Source: Eutreptiella sp. 'Long Island Sound 2002'
Taxonomy: Eukaryota > Protista > Euglenida
Assembly (NCBI GenBank): GCA_964036045.1
Contig: OZ038378.1
Coordinates: 91,574,001-91,638,000 of the forward strand
DNA: 64,000 bases
Reading direction: 5' to 3'
Below are positions 39,801 to 50,705 of this stretch, one piece after another. The position numbers and the translations under genes are program-made. The notes under the pieces are model-generated. The model had not been told where the DNA came from, ran no database searches, and worked only from the letters and a program-made list of their open reading frames with translations. Numbering within the stretch: the stretch's first letter is position 1; every line of letters begins with the position of its first letter.

Positions 39801-40164
39801 GTGTGCCATGCAGGTGCTCCGTGACTCGCATCTGAACACCATGTAGGCACTCTGTGACTTATATATCTGCACCATGCAGGCGCTGTGTGACTCGCATTTG
39901 TGTGCCATGCAGGCGCTCTGTTACTCACAGTCGTGTGCCATGCAAGCACTCCGAGACACACATCGGAACGCCACGCAGGTGTCCCGTGCCTCGCATCTGT
40001 GTGCCACGCAAGCGCTCTGCGACTCGCATCCGAACGCTTTTCAGGCGCTCTGTGACTCGCATCCGCTGTGCGCTATGCAGGCACTCTGTGACCCGCATCT
40101 GTGCGCCATGCAGACGCTTTGTGATTAGCATCTCTGTGCCATGCAGGCGCTCTATGCCTCGCAT
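27862..40164. repeat. 33-bp satellite array (~370 monomers) with ~1.05-kb and ~1.53-kb higher-order repeats
   Basis: Consensus gcgctctgtgactcgcatctgtgcgccatgcag. A diagnostic variant (atg(t/c)aggcactttgt...tactccatgcaggaactctacga) starts at 30707, 33055, 34584, 35627, 36679, 37730. Confidence 0.97.
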
Positions 40165-40539
40165 TCTCCCCTATGCCGCATGTTGACAGCGTATCCACCG
40201 CACACGGCGGGGAGGGGGGGAATTGCTCGGCTTTGTCTGTTGCCTTCTCCGGTATACTGTGATGTGTGGTTCCGTCCTGTGTTCAGTACGTCTCCTGAAT
40301 GACGTGCTGTGGGGCCCCCAGGTAGGTGCAGACCCGGCGTCTCCTGCCGGTCGGTGGTTGTGTGTCCAAGTGCCCACGGCGTTGTGCGGTGAGCCACACC
40401 TTGCAGTTGTCCTGTATTTGTACCCTGCCATGCCCTGAGCTCGCTGGGAGGGGTCTCCGACGTGGGCCTCGGTCCACGTCCACATCTCCCCGGTGGGAGG
40501 TGCGCCCGGCTGGTGCATGGGGAGTTGGGGGGGGGTTGT

Positions 40540-41400
40540 GGTGTTCGGGGGTGTGGTTTGCTGGGCTGTGTTGTGGGGGTGAGTGGGTATCAGGGCTGTT
40601 GTGTGTGGGTATGTGGTGCGTGGGTTGTGGTGTGTGCGGATGTGGTTTTTTTCTGGGGCTTTGGTGTGTTTGGGTGGGACGTTTAGGGCTGTGGTGTCTG
40701 GCGCTGTGTGGGGGGAGGGGCTTTCCAAAGCCCTGGTATGTGGGGGTGTGGTGGTAGGCGTTGTGGTGTGTGGAGGGCTGGTTTCTAGAGGTGTGCTATG
40801 CAGGGGTGTGGTGTTGGCTGTTGTGGTGTGTAGGGCTATGGTGTGTAGGCTCCGGTATGCAAGGTTGTGGTGTTGGGAACTCTCGTGTGGCCATGTAGGG
40901 TTGTGGGTCATAACGCCTCCCATAACCCCCCCCCCGATGGCATGACCCCAGCCCCACACTTGGACAACCGCTTAAAGTGCGACCTAGCGTCTGTTTTCGT
41001 CAGGTTCATTTTTGAATGGGTCCAATTAATGTCCGTAGGAAATTAGTAAAAATGATAATCTTAAGATTTGGAACGCTGGTCGAAAAATTAAATGTTACCC
41101 TCCAAATATTCAACCAGGTGGTCGAAAAATTAAACTAAAAGAATGGGGGCAGTGTGGGGGTTTGGTGTGTGCGCCTCTCCCATCGGTGTGTCTGAGGTGT
41201 CATGGTGGGGTGTGTGGGGTTGTGGGGGGTGGGTATATGGTGTGTGGGGATGGGTCTATGGTGTGTTGGGCTGTGGTGTGTGGAGCAGCGGTGTAAAGGG
41301 TTGTGCTGTAGGCAGCCGTGGTACTTGGGGCATTGGGTAGTGTGTTGGGCTGCAGGGTGTTGGGCTGCAGGATGTGGGCTGTGGCGCGCCGATTTGTGAT
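40540..41400. repeat. GT-rich low-complexity tracts (gtggtgtg...) split by an AT-rich island
   Basis: Visible composition. The AT-rich block 40980-41135 contains ggtcgaaaaattaaa twice. Confidence 0.75.
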
Positions 41401-41499
41401 GGTTCGGGCTGTTGGGGGTAGGACTCTGGGCTATGGTGTTCCCCCAAAGCACCACCTCCCACAGCCGCAAGCACGGGTAGGATTGCCCACGGAGGAGGA

Positions 41500-42132
41500 A
41501 AGTGAGGGGCCGCTTCCAATCGATGGTGTCCACAAGGGGTGAAAGCGATTGGTTGTAGCGGGCGTGGGCCCAGGATTGCAACGGCTAGGAGCGTCCGCTT
41601 GTTGGGGGATCCACGAGGGACACGGCTCGATCTAGCAGGGTTGACCAACTCGTTCCCTGTGTGCATGAAGCGGTCACGTGAAGGGATGAGACGGGGGAAT
41701 GGGAGACCCGTTGCGGCGGTGTACGCGGCCCCCCGGCGGCTCATGAGCTCCGACAAAAGCAAAAAGCCGCCCTTGGGGACATTCAAAGCTATAAGCAACC
41801 CGATGAATTCGGGTGCGGGGAAGAGGACGGAGGCATATTGCTTCACGGCCTCTAATTGCTTGTTGCGGATGAGCGGAGTTGGGCAACCTCGGTGGCCTGG
41901 TGGCCTCGTACCAACGGGCCTTGGGCAAAGGGGATGAGGCCACCCACTCACCAAGGAGTTGTGAGAGCAAAGGGTCCCGCAAACTTATGGCCCCACTCAA
42001 ACGCCCGATCGTCATACTAAGCTCAAGAAAGATGTCCCCAGAGAAACGCAGAACAAGAGCTACACAAGGGGAAAATGAGCCGGGGACTCGGGTGAGTGCA
42101 GGGACCGCAGAGGTATGTGTGGGGCTACGCAA
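41500..42132 (-). pseudogene. Protein-coding fragment, possibly Transib/RAG1-like transposase N-terminal core
   Basis: DPLLSQLLGEWVASSPLPKARWYE, frameshift, then IRNKQLEAVKQYASVLFPAPEFIGLLIALNVPKGGFLLLSELMSRRG...ATGLPFPRLIPSRDRFMHTGNELVNP. The resemblance to the Transib/RAG1 segment before the catalytic core is weak. Confidence 0.3.
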
Positions 42133-43344
42133 CCAGGTAGAGGACTATGCAACGCCTGTAGCAACCCGTTAAGCACCCTTTGACCACCCCATCGGTTCAA
42201 GTGGGCACGGTACGCGCACAAGCAAAGCGGGGCAAATGTGCCAAAATTGGGTTAACGTGTTAATATTTGACAGCTTAATTTTTACGCCCTTTCATATATA
42301 CAATGTTGAAATTAACCATATTGGTTTTAACGTAGGTGTCTAGGGCTTTTCTGAGTGCCTGCTCCCATCATTTTGCGGCGACTACATATGTTTTCGGTTT
42401 GGGCACACCCAAACTTAAGTTTGGGAACCATGCTAGCTGTTGAAAGATTGGGCGACAAAATCCCTTCTAGGAGCACTTGCCAAACAAAATGGCGCCAAAG
42501 CGCCGCATCCCCAAGCATGGGAGAGTCCATGTCCCCGCTTCCAAAGGCCCCACTGCAGCACAGGAGTCCCACTCCCCATCTCTAGGGGCCATCCCGGTGT
42601 TGAAATGCGGGGCTACACCGGGGCGCCCCCCGTGCTTACAAAGTTACGCCCATTGAACTGCAAAACCTCCAGAAATACGCGCTTCTCGAAGCCAATAAGC
42701 ACCATTACGAGAGCCTAGGTGGTGCCACGTTACTTTGTACACACCCCCATTGTCACCAAAATGGCGATGAAACAATGGCCAAACGATCCCCAAGGTTTGT
42801 CAGTGGTCAACCCAAAACCGCAATTTTCCAGCCAACCCGTGGTTAGCTAAACATGGCAAACACATCACCGGTGGGCCCCCATAAAGGGGGTTGACCTTGC
42901 AAACTTGGAGATAGCACGTAGGACCGCTATCATTGGTTATGCCCTTCACAATGCTCTCCATAGTGTACCTCCGTTGGCTGCCAGTTCCATTAGTGGACCC
43001 CTCCTAATGCAGGGGGGGGGGGAAAATGCGGTCGCCGGGATTGGAAAAAAATGCGGAAAAATGCGGAAAAAATGCGGAAAATGCGAGAAAAAATGCGGCA
43101 TAAAATGCGGTTTTGCTAAAATGCTATAGGACTCCCAAAACCCCTATGTTTATCAAGACGCATGTTGATCTGTTGACACCATCGCTCCATCAATGTGAAG
43201 ACTACGGCCCCGGCTCAACATGCAAAGCGTGGTAGGGAAGTCTCACCCTTCTACTGTGGTTTAGGAGGAGGGGCGTTACACCCTCGGCAAGAAGCAGCAG
43301 AGCCCCAATACTGCCTCCGCCCCATACCCCATTGAAGCAACCGG

Positions 43345-43676
43345 CTATTCGCCCCTCAATGGATAGCTTAACCGCCCGTAAGAATACAATGGCGGCTGCC
43401 GGAAGCCTTCCCAAGCCCACAGGGTGCCCAGTCCAGTGAGCTTGGCGTATCGATGCGTTTCGCGGTTCGTTGCCCCCGACTATTCGCCCCTAGTTGGATA
43501 GCTTAACCGCCCGTACAAATACGTTGGCGGCTGTCGGAAGCCTTCCCAAGCCCACAGGGTGCCCAGTCCAGTGAGCTTGGCGTATCGATGCGTTTCGCGG
43601 TTCGTTGCCTCCGACTATTCGCCCCGAGTTGGATAGCTTAACCGCCCGTAGGTATACGTTGGCGGCTGTCGGAAGC
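43345..43676. repeat. 135-bp tandem repeat (~2.5 copies) inside the hAT 3' region
   Basis: ggatagcttaaccgcccgta at 43361, 43496, 43631. Confidence 0.9.
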
Positions 43677-43680
43677 TACA

Positions 43681-44864
43681 CTATACAAGGCGCCCTTCGA
43701 CATCCAAGTTGAAGCGCGCCATAAAAGCCAATCGCCTCATCTGATTCAACAACTTGTTTTGCTTCTTGGAGACGTTGCCAGCTTGCGAGAAGAACCTCTC
43801 CACTGCCCCACTGCTGGTAGGGATGGTGATCAAGAACAACACCGCCTCCTTGAAAAGGGAGTCTGGCCGACTCTCCCACCATGCAAGAAGTTCATCACCG
43901 TTGTTGATGTTCCGGAACTCCGTTCTGCGGTACAAATTCCACTCCTCTTGGACGCCAGGAACTTCATCCAGCTTCAGAATCTGCGCAGTGGCTAAGGAGC
44001 TCAGAAGGGCACCCGCGATCTCTTTGTGCTCCACACCCCTTGCGGACCCTTGCCCTCGAGGAAAGCAACGTCGATGCAGAACTTCAACCGGCCTCCAACA
44101 TGGGCAATAATTGCAAGAACGGGCACCCCGCGTTCATCTGTCCACTCATCAAAAAGTAGTGTGGTGTTGCGGTCGGCAGTCTTCTTGTGAATTGCTCCTC
44201 GGTGCCCGTCAAGCACACGCTGGCCGTTGACTTTGGGGAAGTCAGAGCTGCCTTGCGGCAAGCAACCGGCAATGGTGGTGTACTTCTGCAACCAAGCACG
44301 CACAAGGGGGTGATCCAGCTTGTCCAACGGGATGCCGGCACCGGCGAAGGCAAAGACCGTATCATCAGCGGCCTTGTTCTTGTCGTTGCATGACGCCACA
44401 ACGGATTGTAGGCTGGGCTGCCTCATTGCGGCTTTATGAGGTAGAGCATCTGCCTCTGCCTCTAGGCGGCGCTCGACCCGTGCCTTCTCCCTCTTCTGCA
44501 TAGTCTCAACGGCCACCTGGTGCTTTTTGGAGTCCAAATGACATTGGACTGTGCTCTTCGTTGTGTGGCTCACGGGGCATCCACACGCATCGCACCATAG
44601 TACTTCAATACCAAGATCATTGGTGCGGAGACTCAGGGGATGGCCAGGGAATTGTTCCTTCCGCTTCCCAGGGCCCATGGTGCAATACTTTGCGCCGGCA
44701 CCACCTCTCCCCTTACCACGTACTTTGCGGCGGGGTGGGCTATTTCCATCATCAGATGTGGGCTCAGAAGGAGGGCAATGGGAGGGCATAGCATGTGACA
44801 TGTCTAAGGGAAAAGGAGCCATGTAACAAACAAAAGTGGCGGTGTTGGGAAGGTATGCAAACAC
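43681..44864 (-). pseudogene. hAT transposase remnant: CGGBP1-type Zn finger, first catalytic D, fused to C-terminal dimerisation domain
   Basis: LWCDACGCPVSHTTKSTVQCHLDSKKH; AGIPLDKLDHPLVRAWLQKY (CGGBP1-like); LLFDEWTD; a +1 frameshift near 44035; then WWESRPDSLFKEAVLFLITIPTSSGAVERFFS. The central catalytic region is missing. Confidence 0.88.
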
Positions 44865-47800
44865 TGACTTGACTACAAAACTACCCTTTAGTTGAACTAC
44901 ACAATGCCACTTGAATGTATCCTCTTGAACATTACACTAAGGGACCTGCCCAGAAAATGCGAAAAAAAATGCGGAAAATGCGAAAAAATGCGAATCGCAT
45001 TCCCCCCCCCCCCCTGCCTAATGGCAAGAATTTTGGGCGCACACCAATGCCTATCGCTCTATATAGCACACGGCACCCACAAAAAGGGCACCGCTAACCC
45101 ATGTCTTCTTGGAGCATTGCCGCCTCCGGCATTGGGTGGTGGGAGTAACGAGCATTGGCTCCACAAGCCTTTCCCTCCGCATCCGGCGTCAAATAGTGTC
45201 GGGGCTTGCATTGCAAAAGGGCATAGGCCCGATGACTTGTAGCGACCTCGAAGCCATGTAGGAGCAGCTTCCCTTGGCCTCACATTGGCACACATGTTGG
45301 CCTCGTTTTGGAGGGCCACCACTTAACTTTTTTAGGGGCTGCCGTTTTAGTGATTGAGGTGAAGGCAGTCACCACACTTCGGAGGCGGAATTTCTAGACC
45401 TCTGTGCGCATGGGTCGCCACGGCTACGCCTCCCCATGTTTTGCAGGATTTCAACGCCCAGGATAAGCATCATCTGAGCATTGGCCCCTGCTAGGCAGCT
45501 GGGTCGCGGGGTTTGCGGCCCTGAGGTCGTCTGGACGCGGCGACCACATTGAGGATGTGGCACCGCGGGCTGCTGCGGTCCAAGGCATGATACCAGCCTA
45601 GGAGGAATCGCTCCGGTGCCAGGGGCAAGACATCCACGTGGACAAGTCTTCTTACTTGTTGCAATGTGAGGCGTGTGCCATGATAGTCCCACTCCATAGG
45701 CAAGCTTTGCCTTGGTGGATTGCTTCTTGCAGCTTGGGATGGACGTGGTGGTGGGCGACTCGCGTCGCACGGGGAGTGGTGCTCAACAACTAGCTGCAGG
45801 CAGCCTGCAGAGCGGTACACCGTGTTGCCCAACTGCCTGCCGACTACGTGCAATGGTGAGCGCTTTAGTGACCCCCTTTGTGCCGCACGGTAGGGCCGTT
45901 GCAGCAGTTTGAGATGTTGACCTTGCCGAATCCTAGCCCTAGGTACACGCTAGAATACCCAATCTCGTTCTAGCCTAGAACGCGCTAGAGCGGCTAGAAC
46001 GAAAAAGAGAGGTGGGTACGCTGACCCCTGGGCATAGGGGGGCGGGGGTATGAAGGGTGCAAATTTGACCCCAATTACCATACTAGGGTGTCCATACGTT
46101 GTTTTTCAGAAAAACACATTTTTGACATGAAATTCAACAAATACAAAAAACCGTTCTACCAATGTTCTAGGGGCGCTCTAGCGCCGCCCCGCTAGAACAG
46201 CGCTAGAACGTTCCTAGAACGCTTCGCTAGAACAAGGCTAGAACAAAACCATGCACACACATTTGGCAAGTAAAACACACCAATGTGGGAAGGTGGGGGG
46301 GTTCCATGACACATAGACACATGGAAACCATCACATTTGGTACATGTCTAGTCATATGTGCGCGCGCACACACACAGACACACACACATGCACACACACA
46401 TTTTGAGATAGGCACGGGCACTGTGGGGGTGCCCTGCCTTCAAGCCCTTAATGGGGGGGGGGCTTTGCTTTTGTCACACATTTTTCAGGGGGGGGCTTGA
46501 GAACTACCTTGGGGGGCGGGGGCTTGGACTCAGGGGTCTGGGACGGTGTTCTGTTCTTCGTTTCACACGTGTTTTTTTCTTGGGTTTTATTGCTGTTGAT
46601 GACGAAATGCAATTTTGAAGTTGCGGGTATGCCATGCAATGCTGTGCAGTGTTGTGTTGTGTTGTGGTGTAAAGTGGTGTCCTGTAGTGTGGTGTGCTAT
46701 GGTGTGCTGCGGTGTGCTGTAGTGTGTGATCTGCTGTGGTGTACTGTACTGTGCAGGGGGGGGGGGGTAGTGTGTTGTGGTCACATGATGTGCCCTGTGG
46801 TGTGCCATGTTGTCGGGTGGTGTGGTCGGGTGTCACGTGGTGTGGTCTGGTGTAATGTGGTGTGGTGTGGTGTGGTGGGGTATCGTGCGATAGGGTTGCC
46901 TGTGTGGTTGGTTGAAGGGTGTGTTGGTTGCTTGGCAGGTTGGGTTGTTTGGCAGCTTGGGTTGTTTGTTGGGTGTTTAGCCGGTTGCGGCATGCCCTGT
47001 GGTGTGTGCACCCTGTGGTGGTAGGTGCCGTATGTTGTGGTGTTCGCTGTGATGTCATGTCTGCGGGTACCATGAAATTACTGCCATTCCAAGGGAGGGG
47101 GGGGGCTGATAAGCACTCACTATTCTTGTTCTAGCGGCGTTCTAGGGAGGCGTTCTAGCAGTGATTTAGCGACGTTCTAGCGGCCGCTAGAGCGCCGCTA
47201 GAACAGTCCCCGCGAACACCGCTGGAACAAGAATGTTGACTGCTTATCAGCCCCCCCCCCCCCTCTCTTGGAATGGCAGTAACTACATGGTACTAACAGA
47301 CATGACATCACAGAGCACACAGCAGCATGAGGCACCTAACACCACAGGGTGCACACACCACACAACGTGCCCCACCCAACCAAACAGCCAACAAACAACC
47401 CAAGCTGCAAAACAACCCCAAGTGCCAAGCAACCAACACACCCTTCAACAAACGAGACAGCCAACCCTATCACACGATACCCCACCACCCCACACCACAC
47501 CACATGACAGCAGACCACACCACATGACATCCGACCACACCACATGACAATAATGTGGTCTCCTAAAGTGTAAAGTGGTGTCATGTGATGTGTCGTAGTC
47601 TGTTGCAGTGTGTGATCTGCTATGGTGTGTTGTACTGTGTGGGAGGGTAGTGTGTTGTGGTCACATGACGTGCCCTGTGGTGTGCTGTGTTTCATGTGTG
47701 GTGGTTGGTGGGGTTGGTTGGATGGTGTGTTGGTTGCTTGGCAGGTTGGGTTGTTTGGCAGCTTCGGTTATTTGTTGGGTGTTTAGCCGGTTGCGGCATG

Positions 47801-48843
47801 CTGTGTGGTGTCTGCACCCTGTGGTGTGTGCTGTGGTATTCTGTTGTATGGTCTGTGATGTCACATCTGTGAGTACACCTGTATTTGCTGCCATTGCAAG
47901 GGAGGGCGGGGGGGGGGGGGTTGGTAAGCATTAAATATTTTTGTTCTAGCGGCGTTCGCGGAACTGTTCTTGCGGCGTTCTAGGGACGCTCTCGTGGGCC
48001 GCTAAAGCATCGCTAGATCACCGCTAGAACGGTTCCCTAGAACGCCGCTAGAACAAAAATATTTCATGCCTACCGCCCCCCCCCCCCATTCCTTGGAATG
48101 GCAGCAAATACAGGTGTATTCACAGATGTGACATCACAGAGCATACAACAGAATACCACAGCACACACCACAGTGTGCAGACACCACACGGCATGCCGCC
48201 ACAGGCTAAATACCCAACAAATAACCGAAGCTGCCAAACAACCCAACCTGCCAAGCAACCAACACACCATTCAACCAACCCCACCGACGACACCACATGA
48301 AAAGACAGCACGCCATAGGGCACGTCATGTGACCACAACCCACTACCCCCCCCACACAGTACAACACACCACAGCCAATCACACACTACAGCAGACCGCA
48401 ACTCAGCACACCACACCACACCACACCACACCACATGACACGAGGCCACACCACATGACACCAGACCAAACCACATGACACTGCAACACACCACAGCGCA
48501 CCCCATCAGACCACAACGCAACACACCACGCCACTGCAAAGTACAGCACACCACAACAGATCACACACCACAACAGGCTGCAACACAGCACACCACACCA
48601 CTTTACACCTTATGAGACCACAACACACCACAACACTGCAGAGCAGTGCATGGCATACCTGCACCTTCAAAATTGCATTTCATCATCAACATCAATGAAA
48701 TCCAACAAAAAAACACCTGTGAAACGAAGAACCGAACACCCTCCTAGACCCCTGAGTCCAACCCCCCCCCCCCAAGATAGTTCTCAAGCCCCCCCCCCGC
48801 AAAAAAAAAGTGTGAGAAAAGCCAAGCCCCCCCCCACTGAGGG

Positions 48844-50705
48844 TAAAGGTAAAGGTAAAGTGCTCGGGCGATCTCCGAACTCCAGCGTATCCGTGATCCC
48901 TACCTGTCCCAAGGCACAGCACGCTACATCATACTACGCTCATCAAAACAGCTGCAACTCCGGTACAGTGAATTCGCGGGATACGTAAAGAGCCACTGTA
49001 TCATACAGGGCATAGAAGTCCCAGTGCGGAGCGTGCCCTCGCTCACACGGGCACACGACACAGGCGTTCCTGTACTTCGGTCCTGCTTCTGCCGCCTGGC
49101 ACCGCCAGACATCACAGCACAGCACTTGCAACGTGTACTGGCCGCCCCGCCGCAGTGCCCGAGGTGGCACGCGCACAGACAGATCCGTTACCCAGGGCAG
49201 CGTGGCACCAGGCACTACATGCCACCAGCTTCGTGGAGAGCACCTTCACCCCCGTTTCCGGCAGTGTCCCGAAACCAGTGACAGGGAACACATGAGCAGG
49301 CAACAAGGCGTCCGCCTGTTCCTGCTGGGAAAGCTGGTCATAATGAAACATGGTAAAATAAGCGCCTGCACACCGGAAGGCCCAGCCCTGCCCCAGACAA
49401 CAGCCTGTGACCAGAGAACAGCACACTGGGCAGCACATCTCATCCTGTCCCTGCCAATTGACCACTGGTACCGCTGTGACGTGTGGGTTGTGTAGTAATA
49501 TCCTGCTTGGCTCGCCGAATGCCCGAGAAGGACACCGTACCGCCTGGACTACCGTGATCGGTGTCACGTGGCGTGACGCACATCCTGCTTGGCTCGCCGA
49601 ATGCCCTGGAAGGACACCGTAACGCCGGGACTGCTGTGATAGGTGGTCAGTGGCGTGTAGCACGTCCAGCTTGGCTCGCCGAATGCCCAAGATGGACACC
49701 GTAACGCCGGGACTGCTGTGATGGGTGGTCAGTGGCGTGTAGCACGTCCAGCTTGGCTCGCCGAATGCCCAAGATGGACACCGTAACGCCGGGACTGCTG
49801 TGATGGGTGGTCAGTGGCGTGTAGCACGTCCAGCTTGGCTCGCCGAATGCCCAAGATGGACACCGTAACGCCGGGACTGCTGTGATGGGTGGTCAGTGGC
49901 GTGTAGCACGTCCAGCTTGGCTCGCCGAATGCCCAAGATGGACACCGTAACGCCGGGACTGCTGTGATGGGTGGTCAGTGGCGTGTAGCACGTCCAGCTT
50001 GGCTCGCCGAATGCCCAAGATGGACACCGTAACGCCGGGACTGCTGTGATGGGTGGTCAGTGGCGTGTAGCACGTCCAGCTTGGCTCGCCGAATGCCCTG
50101 AAAGGACACCGTAACGCCGGGACTGCTGTGATGGGTGGTCAGTGGCGTGTTCCACGTCCAGCTTGGCTCGCCGAATGCCCAAGATGGACACCGTAACGCC
50201 GGGACTGCTGTGATGGGTGGTCAGTGGCGTGTAGCACGTCCAGCTTGGCTCGCCGAATGCCCAAGATGGACACCGTAACGCCGGGACTGCGGTGTTTGGT
50301 GACCCGTGTGTTGAAGCTAGTCCAGCTTGGCTCGCCGAATGCCCGAAGAGGGCACCGTAACGCCGGGACCGCTGTGAGAAAACACACAGGCAATACACAC
50401 CCTGCCCTACCCTCAACAGGCACACCCTCAGGTCCCTAAACCTGCCACTTGCCGTGCTCCCTCCCCTGGTGTTCACCCTCACACTGGCGGTGTTTAGCCC
50501 CGACCGGCTCGCGGAACGCCCTACGAGACGTCCTATCGCCCTCAGGCCCACCTGCACCCTGGTTTCAGCGGTATCGGTATGTTCCAACGTTTGTACACCC
50601 CTTCCACCTGGGTACGCGTGGCTGTTACGCCCATGTCCCTTGGTTTGACACGCCATTCTCAAAGGCGACAGGGCGCTGCCGAGCGGTGTTGGTCCCGCTG
50701 ACAGT
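48844..50705 (-). mobile_element. Retrotransposed insertion (non-LTR type) with (TTTACC)3 tail and 15-bp TSD
   Basis: cccccccactgaggg at 48829-48843 and 50706-50720. Removing the insert restores the arm that mirrors 46430-46470. ggtaaaggtaaaggtaaag abuts the left TSD. Confidence 0.7.
49501..50377. repeat. 82-bp tandem array, 11 copies, central copies near-identical
   Basis: cttggctcgccgaatgc at 49506, 49588, 49670 ... 50244, 50326 with an exact 82-bp period. Confidence 0.97.

Larger units (their letters stand above)
43010..45016 (-). mobile_element. hAT DNA transposon, internal-deletion derivative, CGGBP1-like; 7-bp TSD CCTAATG
   Basis: TIRs CAGGGGGGGGGGG(AA)AATGCG at both ends. cctaatg lies at 43003-43009 and 45017-45023. 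AAAATGCG subterminal repeats occur at both ends. Confidence 0.92.

Noticed and set aside
27778-40186. More than 150 Cys/His-rich ORFs (MQALCDSHLCA etc.) as metal-binding repeat proteins
   Set aside because: They arise in five frames from a 33-bp unit. Stops (e.g. ATG TAG) are propagated through the HOR copies and frameshifts are frequent.
42348-42357. Euglenid spliced-leader-like TTTCTGAGTG
   Set aside because: Only about a 10-nt match to the remembered SL, with no downstream T-tract/GT donor or tandem SL context; compatible with chance.
40171-48591. Thr/His/Pro- or Val/Cys/Gly-rich ORFs in GT/CA-rich tracts (40.5-41.4 and 46.5-48.7 kb)
   Set aside because: Translations of low-complexity repeats present in both orientations.
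49560-50300. Hammerhead ribozyme in the 82-bp unit
   Set aside because: The core CUGANGA is mismatched (ctgacca) and GAAA is absent.
49501-50377. CRISPR array
   Set aside because: Units are identical end to end with no unique spacers, there are no cas genes, and the context is eukaryotic.
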